Below the pieces are notes generated by a model. The model made no database searches and was not told where the DNA came from. It worked only from the letters and a program-made list of their open reading frames with translations. A stretch of 64,000 nt of DNA from Squalus acanthias (taxonomy: Eukaryota), in contig CM059432.1 in the NCBI GenBank assembly GCA_030390025.1, forward strand, positions 89,716,001-89,780,000, written 5' to 3'. Made by a program: the position numbers and the translations under genes. Shown here in pieces: positions 52,112-64,000 of the stretch. How positions within the stretch are numbered: the stretch's first letter is position 1; every line of letters starts with the position of its first letter.

Positions 52112-55100
52112 CTACAAATCCAGTTTAATAACAGGTTTGCGGAGCCTTCCTGACCTCCTTACAGAAGGTTTTGGTGTTGAACCAATTTTCGGGCTGTTTT
52201 GTTTTGGTTCCGCACTCAAAGATGATCCTGTTTCTATCTCAGACTTGTTTGAACCTATGGGGGAAATATTCGGTTGCTTTGCGCCTCCCGTTAGCACCCT
52301 AAGAGGGTGCTAACGGGGCACAAAGCAACTAGCGCCCGGGCGCGGCACCACCAACGTCTCCCGCAAAATTCAGCGAGAGGTTAGCGGCGGCGGTAACCGT
52401 TAGCGCCCCGCGGTGCTGCACCGGCAGCGATGATGTTGTCGCAGTACGCAGCGCCCCGCTCGCGCCCCGGCCGCGATCCTCGGTAGCGCCCCCTGACGCT
52501 ATGTCCAACAGGGTCAGGGGGGCCTACCTGCGGCTGGAGCGGCGCTAATTAAAAGCGAGGTGCCGGGTGGCCATTTTTGTTGCTGGCCACCTGCCAGCAC
52601 CTGCCCCCGTTGCCGTCCCCAGCCTCCTTACCAGCCCCCCGCGGAGTGCCGACTGCGTTCCGTGAGCCCGGCACTTCTCTTGAGTGCTGGGCTCTTTTGC
52701 CAGCTCTCCGATCCCTGGTGGCCCAGCTGGGCCCGGGTTGCGCTGTGCAAGGCCCCTCCCCTTTAAGAAGGGGAGGAAGGCTTGCAGTACTGTGGCGTGA
52801 CGTGCCGCAGCGTGTGGCGCTGCGGCACGTCGCGACGCAATATTCCCTTGCAGCGCCCCAAGAGGGAGGCGGGGCGCTTCCAGTAGCGCCTGCTTCCCTC
52901 TTGGGGTGCTGCCGATGAATTTCGGCCGTGGGGGCGCTAATTTTTTCGGGGCGCTGGCGAAGTTAGTGTCCCAAAGGGGGCGTGACTCAATTTTTCCCCC
53001 TATATGTTTCACTTCAATCCACTTTGAGTGACTATCTACAAATACCAGGAAATAATCATTTGCTTTCTCACAGAAGTTTACATGTACTCTCTGAAAAGCT
53101 CTACTTGGCCACGACCAGGGTTGTAGTGGAGTTTTGGGTGGTTTGTTTCTGCAATTTTGGCAAACACGGCATTTGCTGACAAGTGATCCAAGATCACTGT
53201 CCAATTCATGCCAGTAAACAAAGCTTCTTGCAATTGATTTCATACTGACGATCCCTGGATGTTCAGTGTGAAGTTCAGCCAGCATTCTATCTCTCAAAGA
53301 AGTAGGTACCACCACTCTGTTTCCCATTTGATATAACCTTGCTCACAATTCAGTACAATGGTTATGGAATGGTTTCAATTCTGTGTCCATACACTGCTCA
53401 GTCCATCCATTCAAGGTTTTTTCATACACTCTTTTCAGTACTGAGTCCTTGAGTCTCAGATGCAATCTCAGTTGCATTCACAGGAAAGTCTTTGTCAACT
53501 ACACCTAGCGTCAAAATAGTACCTTTACTCCCAACACAAATTCTCATGTGGCAACCTGGACAAGGCATCTGCAATTGCGTTTTGCTTTGAAGTGCGATAT
53601 TCAACCGTATAGTTGGAAGCATCACACGCTAACTTAAGCTCACGCTCTGTGTCATTGTGCACAAGTAGAGCATCGCTAGAGAGACTTCTCTTACAAGCGT
53701 CGTAAGCTTCCTGTTGCGCTTCCGTCCACTTCCACTGGACACCTTTCTTGAGGAGCTCGTGCAATGGAGTTTCAATTAAATTGGATTTGTAGTTCATTTG
53801 AAAGTAAAAAATCCAGAAGTTTTTGTTATGTGGTACATGTAATGCTGGGAAAGGTGGGACCATAGTTTGAGAGGGGAATATGTAATTTTTTTTTAAGGGG
53901 GAAAGCAGTGTAATGTATTGTCACATGGTTGAGATAACACTGCCCAATGTTGCATTCTTGATGCGGCCATTGCAAGGATGGCAGATTTGGGTTCCAATAT
54001 TGCTCGGAGCGGTTTGTGATCGGTTATCAGGGTAAACTTTCTGCTGATCAAGAACTGTTGGAATTTCTTGATTCCAAACACTATGGCAAGTGTTTCCTTT
54101 TCAATTTGCACATAGTTTCTTTTGCTCTTTGTGAAGGTTCGCGATGCGAACATGATTGGTTTCTCTTGGCCATCATCCATTACATGGCTTATGATAGCTC
54201 CCACACCGTAGCTGGAAGCATCACACGCTAACTTAAGCTCACGCTTTGTGTCGTAGTGCACCAGTAGAGCATTGCGAGAGAGAGACTTCTCTTACAAGCA
54301 TAGTAAGCTTCCTGTTGAGCTTCCATCCACTTCCACTGGACACCTTTCTTGAGGAGCTCGTGCAATGGAGCTAACATGGTCGCTAACTCAGGTAAGAAAC
54401 GTGCGTAGTACTGGACCATTCCAAGGAAAGATCTTAATTCAAACACGTTCTGTGACTTTGGAGCATTGATTACCGCATTAACCTTTTCCTTCACTGGTTG
54501 CAAGCCATTTGCATCAACTTTCAGACCAAGGTACACAACCTCAGGCTGCACAAAAGCACATTTGCTCCTTTTAAATTTGACATTGGGAGCATTCAACCTT
54601 TGAAGCACTATATCTAACACTTCTAGATTTTCTTCCTCGCTGCTTGTTGCGATCAGCACATCGTCTTGATTGCAGAAGCAATTTGGAACTCCTTGCAAAA
54701 TCTTATCCATCGTAGCCTGGAAGATTTTGGGAGAGGACTTTACACCACATTTGGCAGCTTGGTGTATGAGTACAGTCCCTTGTGTGTGTTGATGGTGAGA
54801 TACTGTTGACTCTCTGTCAACATTCAGCTGAGCGGAAGCATGCGACAGGTCAAGCTTGGAGAAAACCTTTGACCCAGAGAATGCTGCATACAAATCTTGC
54901 AATGTAGGTAACGGGTACTGCTCATCATCAACTGCTTGGTTGATAGTAACTTTGTAGTCACCGCACAAGCGTACAGTTTTGTCTGCTTTGGGCACTACCA
55001 CAATCGGGGTAGCCCATTCACTCTTGTCAGTTTTTCCTAGCACTCCATTCTCTCTGAGCTTCGCTAGCTCTTGATCCACCTGACTTTTCAACGCATAGGG

Positions 55101-56473
55101 GACCAGCCTTGCCTTACAATAGACAGGCTTCGCGTTGGACTTGATGTGGATATGCGCCTCACACCCAGTGATGCCCTCATAACTGTCTGTGAACATGCTT
55201 TCATACTTGTTCAGCATTGTGTCGAATCACTTCTTTGAAGCATTTACACTGAAGATGTTTTTCCAGTCTAATTTTAACTTTCTCAACCAGTCTTTGCCCG
55301 TGAGGGTTGGCCTGTTGTAGCTCACTACAATAATAGGCAGCTTTACTGACTGGCCATTGTGGTGAACTGTACATTCCATTTGTCCACATGTCTCTAGGAT
55401 TTCTCCTGAGTAGGTTTTTAACTCTACGGTACTCTTTGTAAGTTGTATTTTATTGAACTTACACTCATATGTGTCCTTACTCATGATAGAGCAGTCCGTT
55501 GCCGTGTCAATACACATATCAATATATTGCTCGTTGATCAAAAGTTTTGTACAGAAGTCTTTCTCACGACTGCTAGCGTTGCTGCTAGTGGCATAGATAC
55601 TGTAGATGCCTAGTTCTTCAACACCAGGTGTGTTCACTTCAATATTGTGAATTCCTCCCTTTTGTTGTCGCTGCTTTGCATTGCCACTAGAATGGTTCTT
55701 ACTTCCTGCTTTCAATCTAGCTCTGCAAGCTGTTGAAATATGGCCTTGCTTCTGGCAGTTGAGTGATTTCCTTTGCAGCGATATCAATTCACTGAACTGC
55801 TCTCACCGACATGCTTTTGACTCGGTCTCACAATTTTAGGTTTGGCGGTGGCTTTATGAGTGTAGACCTCAGCTGCACTAGTCACTTGAGTTGGACGGAG
55901 CTCCCTAGCATTCTTAGACACAATCTCCATAGATAGGGCAATTTTGAATGCTATGTCAAACATTAGGTTCGGAGTGTTCAGTAACTTGGACTGTGTGCGC
56001 TCATCCACCAGTCCACACACAAACTTATTTCGCAATGCACAATCCAAAAATGTGCCAAAGTTACAATGCAAAGACAGGTTCTTAAGAACTACAATGTACT
56101 CACTGATGGTTTCACTTTGTTTTTGGTTTCTGGTACCAAACTTATAGTTCTCTGCTATTTCCAACGGCTTTGGGTCGAAATGGTCCTCGAGTTTCTCAAC
56201 AATGTCTTCAAACGATCCAACCTTCACTTTCCCTGGCACGAGTAGGTTTGTCAATGTTCCATAGACATCGGGCCCGATCTCCATTAGAAAAATTGCTTTT
56301 TTTCATTCATGAATTACTTTATTTTGCACTTGAACATTCTCATCTGCACCTTCGGTCTCAATAATGTTATTGGCCCTAAAAAACATCTCCATCCGCTCAA
56401 TGTAAGAACTGAATGGTTCGCGAGCTCAGTCATACATGCCGAGGCTTCCGATTAATCCCGTAGGCGGGGCCAT
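52112..56473 (-). pseudogene. gag-pol polyprotein, disrupted
   Basis: Gag (LEDHFDPKP, RNKFVCGL), protease (IDTAT), RT (WATPIVVVPK, RLCGDYK, NQDD), RNase H (LACDASSYGVGA) and integrase HHCC. Confidence 0.9.
52259..53000. mobile_element. GC-rich MITE family M1, copy 2, inside the Gypsy integrase
   Basis: TIR GGGGGAAATATTCGG / CAATTTTTCCCCC, flanked by TAT on both sides. Confidence 0.85.
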
Positions 56474-56709
56474 GATTGTCCCGATCCCATCGAACAGTGA
56501 CTCAGCAAGCTACCTGTGTACCTGTGAGAATCAACGCCGCTGTTGCTGTGTATACATACACACGAAGGCAAAGCACAGACGATTCTGCGTCAGCGTTAAC
56601 AGTAAAACATAGCAAAAAATTCAGTTTAGGTGTCACAAATTCACCTTAAACTTGTCCACTCGAATGTTGAACACTGTGTCCTTCCATGATCCCTAAAAAT
56701 GGCTTTGCG

Positions 56710-56727
56710 ATCCCATCCTCATCACCA
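56710..56727 (-). promoter_or_regulatory. Primer-binding site, tRNA-Ser(GCU)-like
   Basis: TGGTGATGAGGATGGGAT 3 nt after the 5' LTR. Differs from the recalled TGGCGACGAGGATGGGAT by two CpG transitions. Confidence 0.8.
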
Positions 56728-56730
56728 AAA

Positions 56731-56855
56731 TGTAATATATATAGGTAGAACAAATGAAGGACAGAGACAGGATGAGTTGCTAGTCCATGTGCTTGCTTTA
56801 TTAGGCCAGAGCGAACTGAGCATGCTCATACCAAACCATGTGATAATACATTGCA
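56731..56855 (-). repeat. 5' LTR
   Basis: TG...CA termini, AATAAA on -, matches 51850-51986. Confidence 0.92.
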
Positions 56856-57169
56856 GTTCAATACAAAGAGAGATGGATAGATTCGGACTTGAGTTGACAA
56901 GTGACAGATGATATTAACATAGATAAATGCAAAGTGATGAGACTGGGGAGAGGGAATAAGCAGTGGGAATATTGGGAAAGAGTCAGCATCTTGTGCACCA
57001 GAAGAGCAGGTGTGCAACTGGCAGAAGAGCAGGCCCTGTACCAATTTCTTTATGGTCTGCAATGTAGTGCAGCTCTGCCTTTAGTGAACTGAAGCTCTTG
57101 TATCCATTTTATGCCTCATCCTGCTTAAGGCCCCAGATTTGATCAAAAATATTTAACTGGACATCTATC

Positions 57170-57400
57170 ACAAGTCTTCAGCTGTCTTGGGCCTACTCTC
57201 TGGAATGTCCTCCATAAACCCCTTCAGCTCTCCACTTCTTTCTCCTCCTTTAAAAATATTGTTAAAACCCATCTTTTCGATGAGGCTTTCGATCACCCCT
57301 CCTAATCATTCCCTCCAAGGCTCAAAGTCATTTATATCTATATCCATTTATGAACCACCTTGAGAGTTTTTTTTACATTCAAGGCACTTTAAAAATATCA
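57170..57400 (+). mobile_element. Old L2 3' end
   Basis: Diverged match to 6040-6260. Confidence 0.55.
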
Positions 57401-59059
57401 GTTGATGTCTCTCTTGTCTTCCATTTCTGTCACTCTAACTCCAATTCAATTTCTCTCCTTCATTTCCTTCTCTCTTGTTCTCTTTACTTTTCTCACTTTT
57501 CCATTTTTATCCTCTCCTGTTTGTCTCTGCAATTTTGGGCAACAACCACAACAACAACAACTTGCATTTGTAATGGAGAGGCAGCAGCCTCTGGACTTGG
57601 GCTGAGCAGGTCGAAGCGACAGCAGTTGGCTCCAGACTCCAAAGAGGGCTGTCCTCTTTCTCATCCCTGTCCCAGCGGAGAACCACAGATAAGTGAGATG
57701 AGGTGAGCGGTAAATGAAAAGCGCTCTCCTCTGAAAAATAACTGCCAATGGAAACAGCTGAATTTCCAGCAGGGTCATGGGAATTTTAAAAAAAATCATT
57801 GATCGTGCTGCTGGATTGCTCAGCAGAACACTGGGTAGACAGGTGCTACTGAAGGAGAAGAGCAGCTATCCTGGGAGCAAGGGTACATGTCAAACAAATG
57901 TGCTCCCACTGAGAAAACCAACAGCTCTGTTTGTCCTTTCTTAAAATTTCCCACAATGTCACTGGAAGATCAGCTGCCTTAAATGGCAGAAGAGATCAAA
58001 AGGCGGAGCTCTGCAGGCTGATTCAGAGCTCAGAAGGCGGAAGCTGGGCAGACAGTTTGGATTTAACTCGATTTTACTTTGAAGGTGGCGAATATTTGGG
58101 ACAGATAGTTCAGGGAGATAGTGGAGATGAATAGTCCTGGCAAATTCAAGAGGGAATTGCATGGATATTTTTGAACTTTGGGTCCAGACAACTAGATCAC
58201 CGTGGTCTTTTTGTGATTCTGTACAGTCCTTTGTACCAATGGGTGATGAGAGCTAGCAATTTAGAAGGCCTAGGAAGTGTATAAAATGGGGCTGCACTCT
58301 AGCCTTGCTCAGTTCCTTCTCGAGTTGGAATGAGATTTAAATGAAAACAAAAACCTAATAACCCAAATTATGAAACTTTGAGTGATATGTGGATAGTTGA
58401 ATTTGGTTAATTTGGATTTTTCTTTTTGACCTCACCTTACCAGAATGTTCATCAATTCCACCTATCAAAAGACTGGAGAAGCACACTTGGGCATGTGCAA
58501 ATTTACAGTATCGTGAGAAAAGGAGTACCCGTTGTTACATCCCATGAGTTATACCCCTGTATAAGTAGATTGGATAGTGTTTCTCAACTCTAGAATGTGG
58601 AATCCACCAACGCCTGACATTACTGAACCAAGAAGGTATCCATGGCGGAGTCTAACTTGTAACGATTGGCACTTACATGGGATGATGATTCACACTGCTG
58701 ACGAAGGCAATTCAAAACATTTGAAATTTAAAAGTGAATGGAACAGGAACAGAAATATTTGAAATGTTGATCTGAGCAAAAGAGGCAGAAAGTGAAATGA
58801 CACATTTAGTAGAGGAAGAAAAAGTGAGTGAGAGGATTTCAGCTGAAGGAGTGAGAGTTTCTTTGAGAACACGACAGCTTCAGCTAGAGAAAGAACAAGA
58901 GCGAAGTTGACAAGAAGACAAGCGGGAAAAAAACAGGAAGACAGGAAAGGACATAAATTTCCAATCAATGAGAGGGAGCAAGAGCGTTAGCCTCTTAAAC
59001 TGGCAGTAAAACATGCAGCAGCAGTGAGCATGGTCACAGAACTTGGGACCAACTAATTT

Positions 59060-59600
59060 ATTAAATCAAATCTTATTCCAATTTTCAAAGAAAGAGATGA
59101 TAAAGATAGTTTTGTCTGGATATTTGAACTGTTAGCCAGTCACAACATGGACAAGCCACTTGGTCAGGCAGCTGCTCAGCCTGCCAGCGTGAGGCTGGAG
59201 GAGGGCGGTCAAGCAGATGTCAGAGATCTGACGACAATGAGGAGAAGCATGTTTTAAATGTGGTGAGGCAGTCCACAGGGGGAACCACTGCTGATTTCAT
59301 AAAAATTATGTGACGCAAACCATGAGCTCATGAGGTATGAGATGGCCTATTTTGAGGTAGCTCTGTTACGCACCCAATCATTGCGAGTCACCAGCTGCTC
59401 TTTCACAATAGCACATGGCTGCCTTATGTAGGATGACCATTAAATAAAGGGAAAGGCTGCTTACATTCAGGGACAATGGATGGTCAGAGAAATACCTATT
59501 GCTAGAGTTTGGCTGGAATATTTAGGTTACACAGGAGTCACAGAAGTGGGAGTTTATGTATTCATGTCATTGGATCTTTTAATAGGGAATGACATAATAC
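59060..59600 (+). pseudogene. Highly degraded Gmr1-like Gypsy gag/protease remnant
   Basis: NLIPIFKERDDKDSFVWIFELLA and IPIARVWLEYLGYTGVTEVGV..DLLIGND resemble recalled Gmr1-type motifs. Confidence 0.45.
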
Positions 59601-61439
59601 CGAGAGAGGTTATAGGCAAGCAGCTCAGCGAAGAGGAGATCAGGATGGGTGACACAGTGTAGGGCTGGCCTCATTACTTCGATGAAGACAGCTGCAGAAG
59701 TCACTGACTGAGTTGCACGAGATCTGGGGCTTCCCACACGTGAAGAAACTTGGGTGATAAGATGATGGAAGGCAGAGGACTTGAGGAGTTAGCTCCAAGC
59801 AGTGCAGAGGCTGGGTGAAGAGTGGTGGGGTGTTGGTCAGGGTGTTCAAACAGCCACTGAAATTTCTATGGCTATTTTTATCGGAACACTCCTTCTTTCG
59901 AAAGAACGTGCCTTAGATCACTTGATAGAAACACTGAAACAGCGAATGTTCTTCCAGAACTGGTCAGTTCTGCAAGTTGACCAGTGAAAACCAATTAGTT
60001 GAGCTTGCGTTTCTAAATGTTCACTGGGATATTGCTGTGAATAGTAACAAAGTTATTGCTGGACTTGGGACACATAACCAGTGCTTGGACTTTGTGCTTT
60101 TGAGTTTTTGTCCGACAAGTGTGTTTTCTCTTTCCATTTGGTTTATTTGAATTGTTAGATTAAAAGAAGTTGTAATGTGTCCAATTGAACCTTTTTGTGA
60201 AATTCCCCTTTGAAAAATAGACCTTTTGAAGTCATTTTGTTTGGTCTGGCAAGCTCATATCCAAACACCTCCACACACGGAAAAAAATCTTGCCTCCACC
60301 ACTGGAGAAGCAGGCGAGATGACATAAAGCAGTGTGTCAAATGATTTTAGAGGTTTCACGGTACATGGCAACCCAGATAGCACAAGTCAAGGGAGAGTGG
60401 AAGAGTTGTTGCTGGCCAACCATGTCCAAGAGCTATGGGGAAAGCAGAGAGAAAGCTCACCCAACACCTCACAAACTGAATTTAAAAGAAAGAGTGGCAG
60501 TTCAGTCACACAGGGGCAACTGGGTATTTGGAGAGCAGGTCTGCACCACACCTCATGCAGCATGAGTCTTACCTACTTTAAGGGGGTGGCTCAGGGAGGC
60601 CACCATTCAGCTAGGGACAGGGCGAGCTGTTCATTACACCCAGCTGCTTTGGTGAAGTGGCAGATGGATGGGCGGAGGGAGCCCCTGGCAGGAGCATCAC
60701 CGAGCTAACATCCTGGGACCATGCTGGGATGGGCATTGGCCCAGTTGCAGGACTGTAAGGGCAGTTTGGCACCTGCTAGGCAGTGCAGACCCCGTCATAC
60801 AATACATCGGCCCAGATATTCGGGGGTTTAGTGACAGTCATTGAGGCCCGTTTTGAAGAAAACATGGCGGCCAACTCGCTTCCGCCCGCTTCCAGCGGGT
60901 CCGGTGGCTGCTACCATTTTGGGTAGGTCAGCAGCGCTGCCATTGCTGTAGAAATGGAAATGAGGCAGATCGCGACGTCAATAAGTGGGCAATGCTGATT
61001 TGATGCAAGATCTACCATTTTGGGTGTCGCCGCTCCACTTACCGCCTTCTCTTAATCACGATCAGCTGACCAAGAGTTCAGCAGCAGGAGGGAGGTTCCA
61101 GCAGCGCTATTTAAAGAGATCATCAGCAACAACTTACAGCTGACATGGTTTTCCAGTTTTACTGGCTCTGTCGAAGTTTCTACAACCTCTTGCATCTTTC
61201 TAAACTTGGTTAAAGTTGCTGAGGTCACAGGGAGCACTGCTGCAAGTGGAGAACACCTTGATTTTCATTTAAAGGCTCCTGCTCACACCACTCGCTCACA
61301 GTCATGGGGCTCTACTTGCAGTCCCCTTCGCACTTGAGTAGCTTCGAGAGAAGGGGCGGAAGCGGTGAAGAAGAGGACAAGATGCTCACAGAGGGAGGAG
61401 GAGGAGGGCCAGGAGGGCCCTCAGCAAGAAGCTGAGCTA

Positions 61440-62465
61440 GGGTCTTCCCAGAGCACTTCTCCTACCTCCACTTAAGTGAGGAGCAGTGTATTCGGAGGCT
61501 CCGCTTCACCAAGGAGGTGGTCACAGAACTCTGCCACCTCCTGCGACCAGACCTGCAGCCTGAGAGCAGGGCGACCTCGGCTCTCCCAGTGGCCCTCAAG
61601 GTCACCGTGACCCTCAATTTTTGCGCCACCAGAACCTTCCAGTCTGGAGCAGGCGAGATAGCTAACATCTCCCAGTTCGCCGTCCATCGCTGCATCCGGG
61701 AGGTCACAGAGGCTCTGTACTCCAGGAGAAGGGACTTCATTGTCTTCTCTCTGAACAGAGAGAAACAGAAGGAGCGCGCATGTGGCTTTGCCAGGATAGC
61801 GGGCTTCCGCAGGGTGCAGGGCGCCATCAACTGAACACACGTGGCTTTGCGGGCACCCTGTAACAATGCTGAGATGTTCCATAACCGCAAAGGCTACCAC
61901 TCACTTAATGTGCAGTTGTTGTGCGACCACACCCAGCGGTGAATGATGGTGAATGCCCACAGTCATGCTGCCTTCATCCTGCGCCAGTCCGGTGTGTCAG
62001 CAATCTTCCAGCCACCACGTCAAACCTGAGGGCGGTTGCTCGGAGACATGGGCTATCCACTCTGCACCTGGCTGATGACTCCCCTCCGCAACCTCACAAC
62101 TTGTGCGCAGCACTCATATAGTGAGAGCCATGCTGCCACCAGGAACCTCATCAAGCAGACTATCAGGGTTCCGCTGCCTTGACCACTCAGGAGGAGCCTT
62201 CCAGGCCTCGCTGGAGCGGGTGTCCCATTTTGTGGTGGTCAGCTGCACGCTCCATAATTTGGCCATCGTAAAGGCCCAGCCCTTGCCACCAGGGATTGTG
62301 GGACCACTTCCGGAGGAGGAGGAGAAAGAGGAGGGTGAGGTAGAGGACAAGAACAAGGAGGAAGAGAAAGAGGTAGAGGAGGAAGAGGGAGGGAGGAGGC
62401 AGACAGCAAATCCCCATCCCGGACGGGCTGACCGTGAGAGCCTCATCAGACTCCAATTTCAGTGA
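61440..62465 (+). pseudogene. Harbinger DDE transposase (HARBI1-like), disrupted
   Basis: VQGAIN*THV, NRKGYHSLNVQ, LLGDMGYP, FRCLD and CTLHNLA motifs plus acidic tail. Contains stops and deletions. Confidence 0.9.
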
Positions 62466-62681
62466 ATGAAACCCCAGATCCCCCCTGCTCACCACTTCCC
62501 CATCACACCATCACTCTGTTACAGAACATTACAGCGTCCTCCTGGGCACAAAGCTGAAATGAGAGCCACCACAAAACACACATTCCAAACAAAATTCATA
62601 AATTTATCAGAATCCAATCAAACTGACACTATCAACTATTCACCCGTGTGCCTTCCCTTAGTGTCTTTTGTGTGCATTTAC

Positions 62682-63914
62682 CTACTCTAGTGCTCCTACA
62701 CAGTGCTCTTCCAGTGGTTGCAGCATGGCTGGTGAAAGGCTGCTGACTTTCAGTGGGGGAGACTGCAGATGGCCTCGAGCAGCTCTGAACCTAGAAGGCC
62801 TGGCTGTAGACTGCACCATCTCGGCATGGGCGGCAGCAGTCTCGGCTGGCTGGCTGACAGGCAGCAGCAAGGGCACTGGCGGAGTGGCAGTGTTGGGAGC
62901 AGGAATACTGCCATCCTGAGAGAAGACAGCAGGTTCTTGCTCTACAGACCTCAGCATTCCTAGCAATCTGGTGGAGGACAGATTGCTGGTCTGCTGCAAC
63001 ACCTTTCGAGACTCGTAAACCCAGCAACGATGGCAGCAGTCTGAGCTTCTACTGCAGCAGTGAGACATTGGGTCGCTTCCGCCTGTGCTGCAATGGAAGT
63101 TGTGAGATCGTCCATCACACCCAGCATCATCTGTGGGTCCACAAGATCTCTCCTGGAGTTGTCCATCATTTCTATCCTGGAAATCATGGGCTCCAAGCTC
63201 TGAGGAAAGACCCGTGCAATGTTGGAGCCGGACTGTTCCATGCTCCTTGACACTGACAAGAGGCTCTCTGGAAGGCTTGTCATTGCACCAAGCATTTCCA
63301 TGTGCATGCGCATCACCCTTCTTCTGAATGCCGCCCCATCGAGGTCATCATCTGAGTCCTGTGAAGCAGAACTCATGCACGAACTCGCCCTCCGGGGAGC
63401 TGGCACCCGAGCTACCCTTTCCCCTTGGCCTGGCTGCAGCCCACTCGTGCCCAGTGACTCACCATGTGCAGATCCCGCCTCTATACTACCCTCTAAAGTC
63501 TGCGCAGTGCCATTTTCTGAGCTGGGGGTGTCTGCGAGTGTCTCTTCTTTTTGCTGATGATGAGAGACAGGCTGGCCTGCTGACAGTTCTTGGGTATCTG
63601 AAAGCAGAAAATCACAAAGGTCAGGTTATGGTGAGGGGAGGAGGGAAAAGTAAGATATCCATGCATACACCATCAGCAGCTTGTAAGTGAGAAGAGATTG
63701 TGGGATGAGGGGGAAGTGGGATGTGAGAAGAAGGATTAGGTATGACAATACCGTCATCATCAGCAATGGTTTCAACTTCTCCGCTGACCACGGACTCCAT
63801 CACTGCCCCTCCAATTAGTTCAAGCACGGATTCCTCCAGGTCCATCAGGTTCTCTATTGTGGCTTGGCCACCTCCAATCTGTTGTTGCTCCCTCCTGTTA
63901 TGTGCCACCTTGGC
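62682..63914 (-). pseudogene. Harbinger partner (Myb/SANT-type) gene, 3' exons 63914-63752 and 63597 onward
   Basis: GT-AG intron 63751-63598 joins AKVAHNRREQQQIGGG.. in frame to ORF 62960-63406. The Myb domain exon is presumably outside the window. Confidence 0.7.
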
Positions 63915-64000
63915 CTGCAAGAGAAAGGGAAGTGTGTCAGTGAGTGTAGTGCAATGTGTTTGGGTGATGAATAGCTGGAAGTGTGTGCAAGGTGTGAGAT

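Larger units (their letters stand above)
51850..56855 (-). mobile_element. Ty3/Gypsy LTR retrotransposon, Mag-like, degenerate
   Basis: Two LTRs, 5-bp TSD GTTCA (51845-51849, 56856-56860), and gag-PR-RT-RH-IN order. Confidence 0.93.
60809..64000. mobile_element. PIF/Harbinger transposon with two convergent genes, right end beyond window
   Basis: Putative left terminus GGCCCAGATATTCG. Transposase on + converges on a spliced partner gene on -. Confidence 0.85.

Noticed and set aside
57570..60800. Complete LTR element around the Gmr1-like remnants
   Set aside because: Could not pair two LTRs or find a TSD. The tRNA-Pro-like PBS at ~58287 is weak.
61440..62465. Domesticated host HARBI1 gene
   Set aside because: It is disrupted, lies behind a putative TIR and converges on a partner gene, so it is a transposon copy.
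1..64000. CRISPR array or prokaryotic operon
   Set aside because: No regularly spaced repeat-spacer array. The content is vertebrate-type transposable elements.

Overview
Repeat-dominated eukaryotic DNA, most likely from a cartilaginous fish (HER1/HE1-type CR1 tails and SacSINE1-like Deu-SINEs, recognised from memory). No host gene is confidently identified. Contents: several CR1 subfamilies, L2 fragments, two Penelope-like families carrying minimal hammerhead ribozymes, a Mag-type Ty3/Gypsy element with both LTRs, PBS and 5-bp TSD, a Harbinger transposon with several non-autonomous derivatives and MITEs, and deep nesting. The main observation is a second LINE family ('family B', four long copies). 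Its 5'-complete copy (31639-34220) starts with a tRNA-derived A/B-box head, has no ORF1, runs into an APE-RT ORF, and lacks sense-strand TTTT runs. It is a candidate RNA polymerase III-transcribed, protein-coding retrotransposon. All comparisons were made by eye; no database searches were run.
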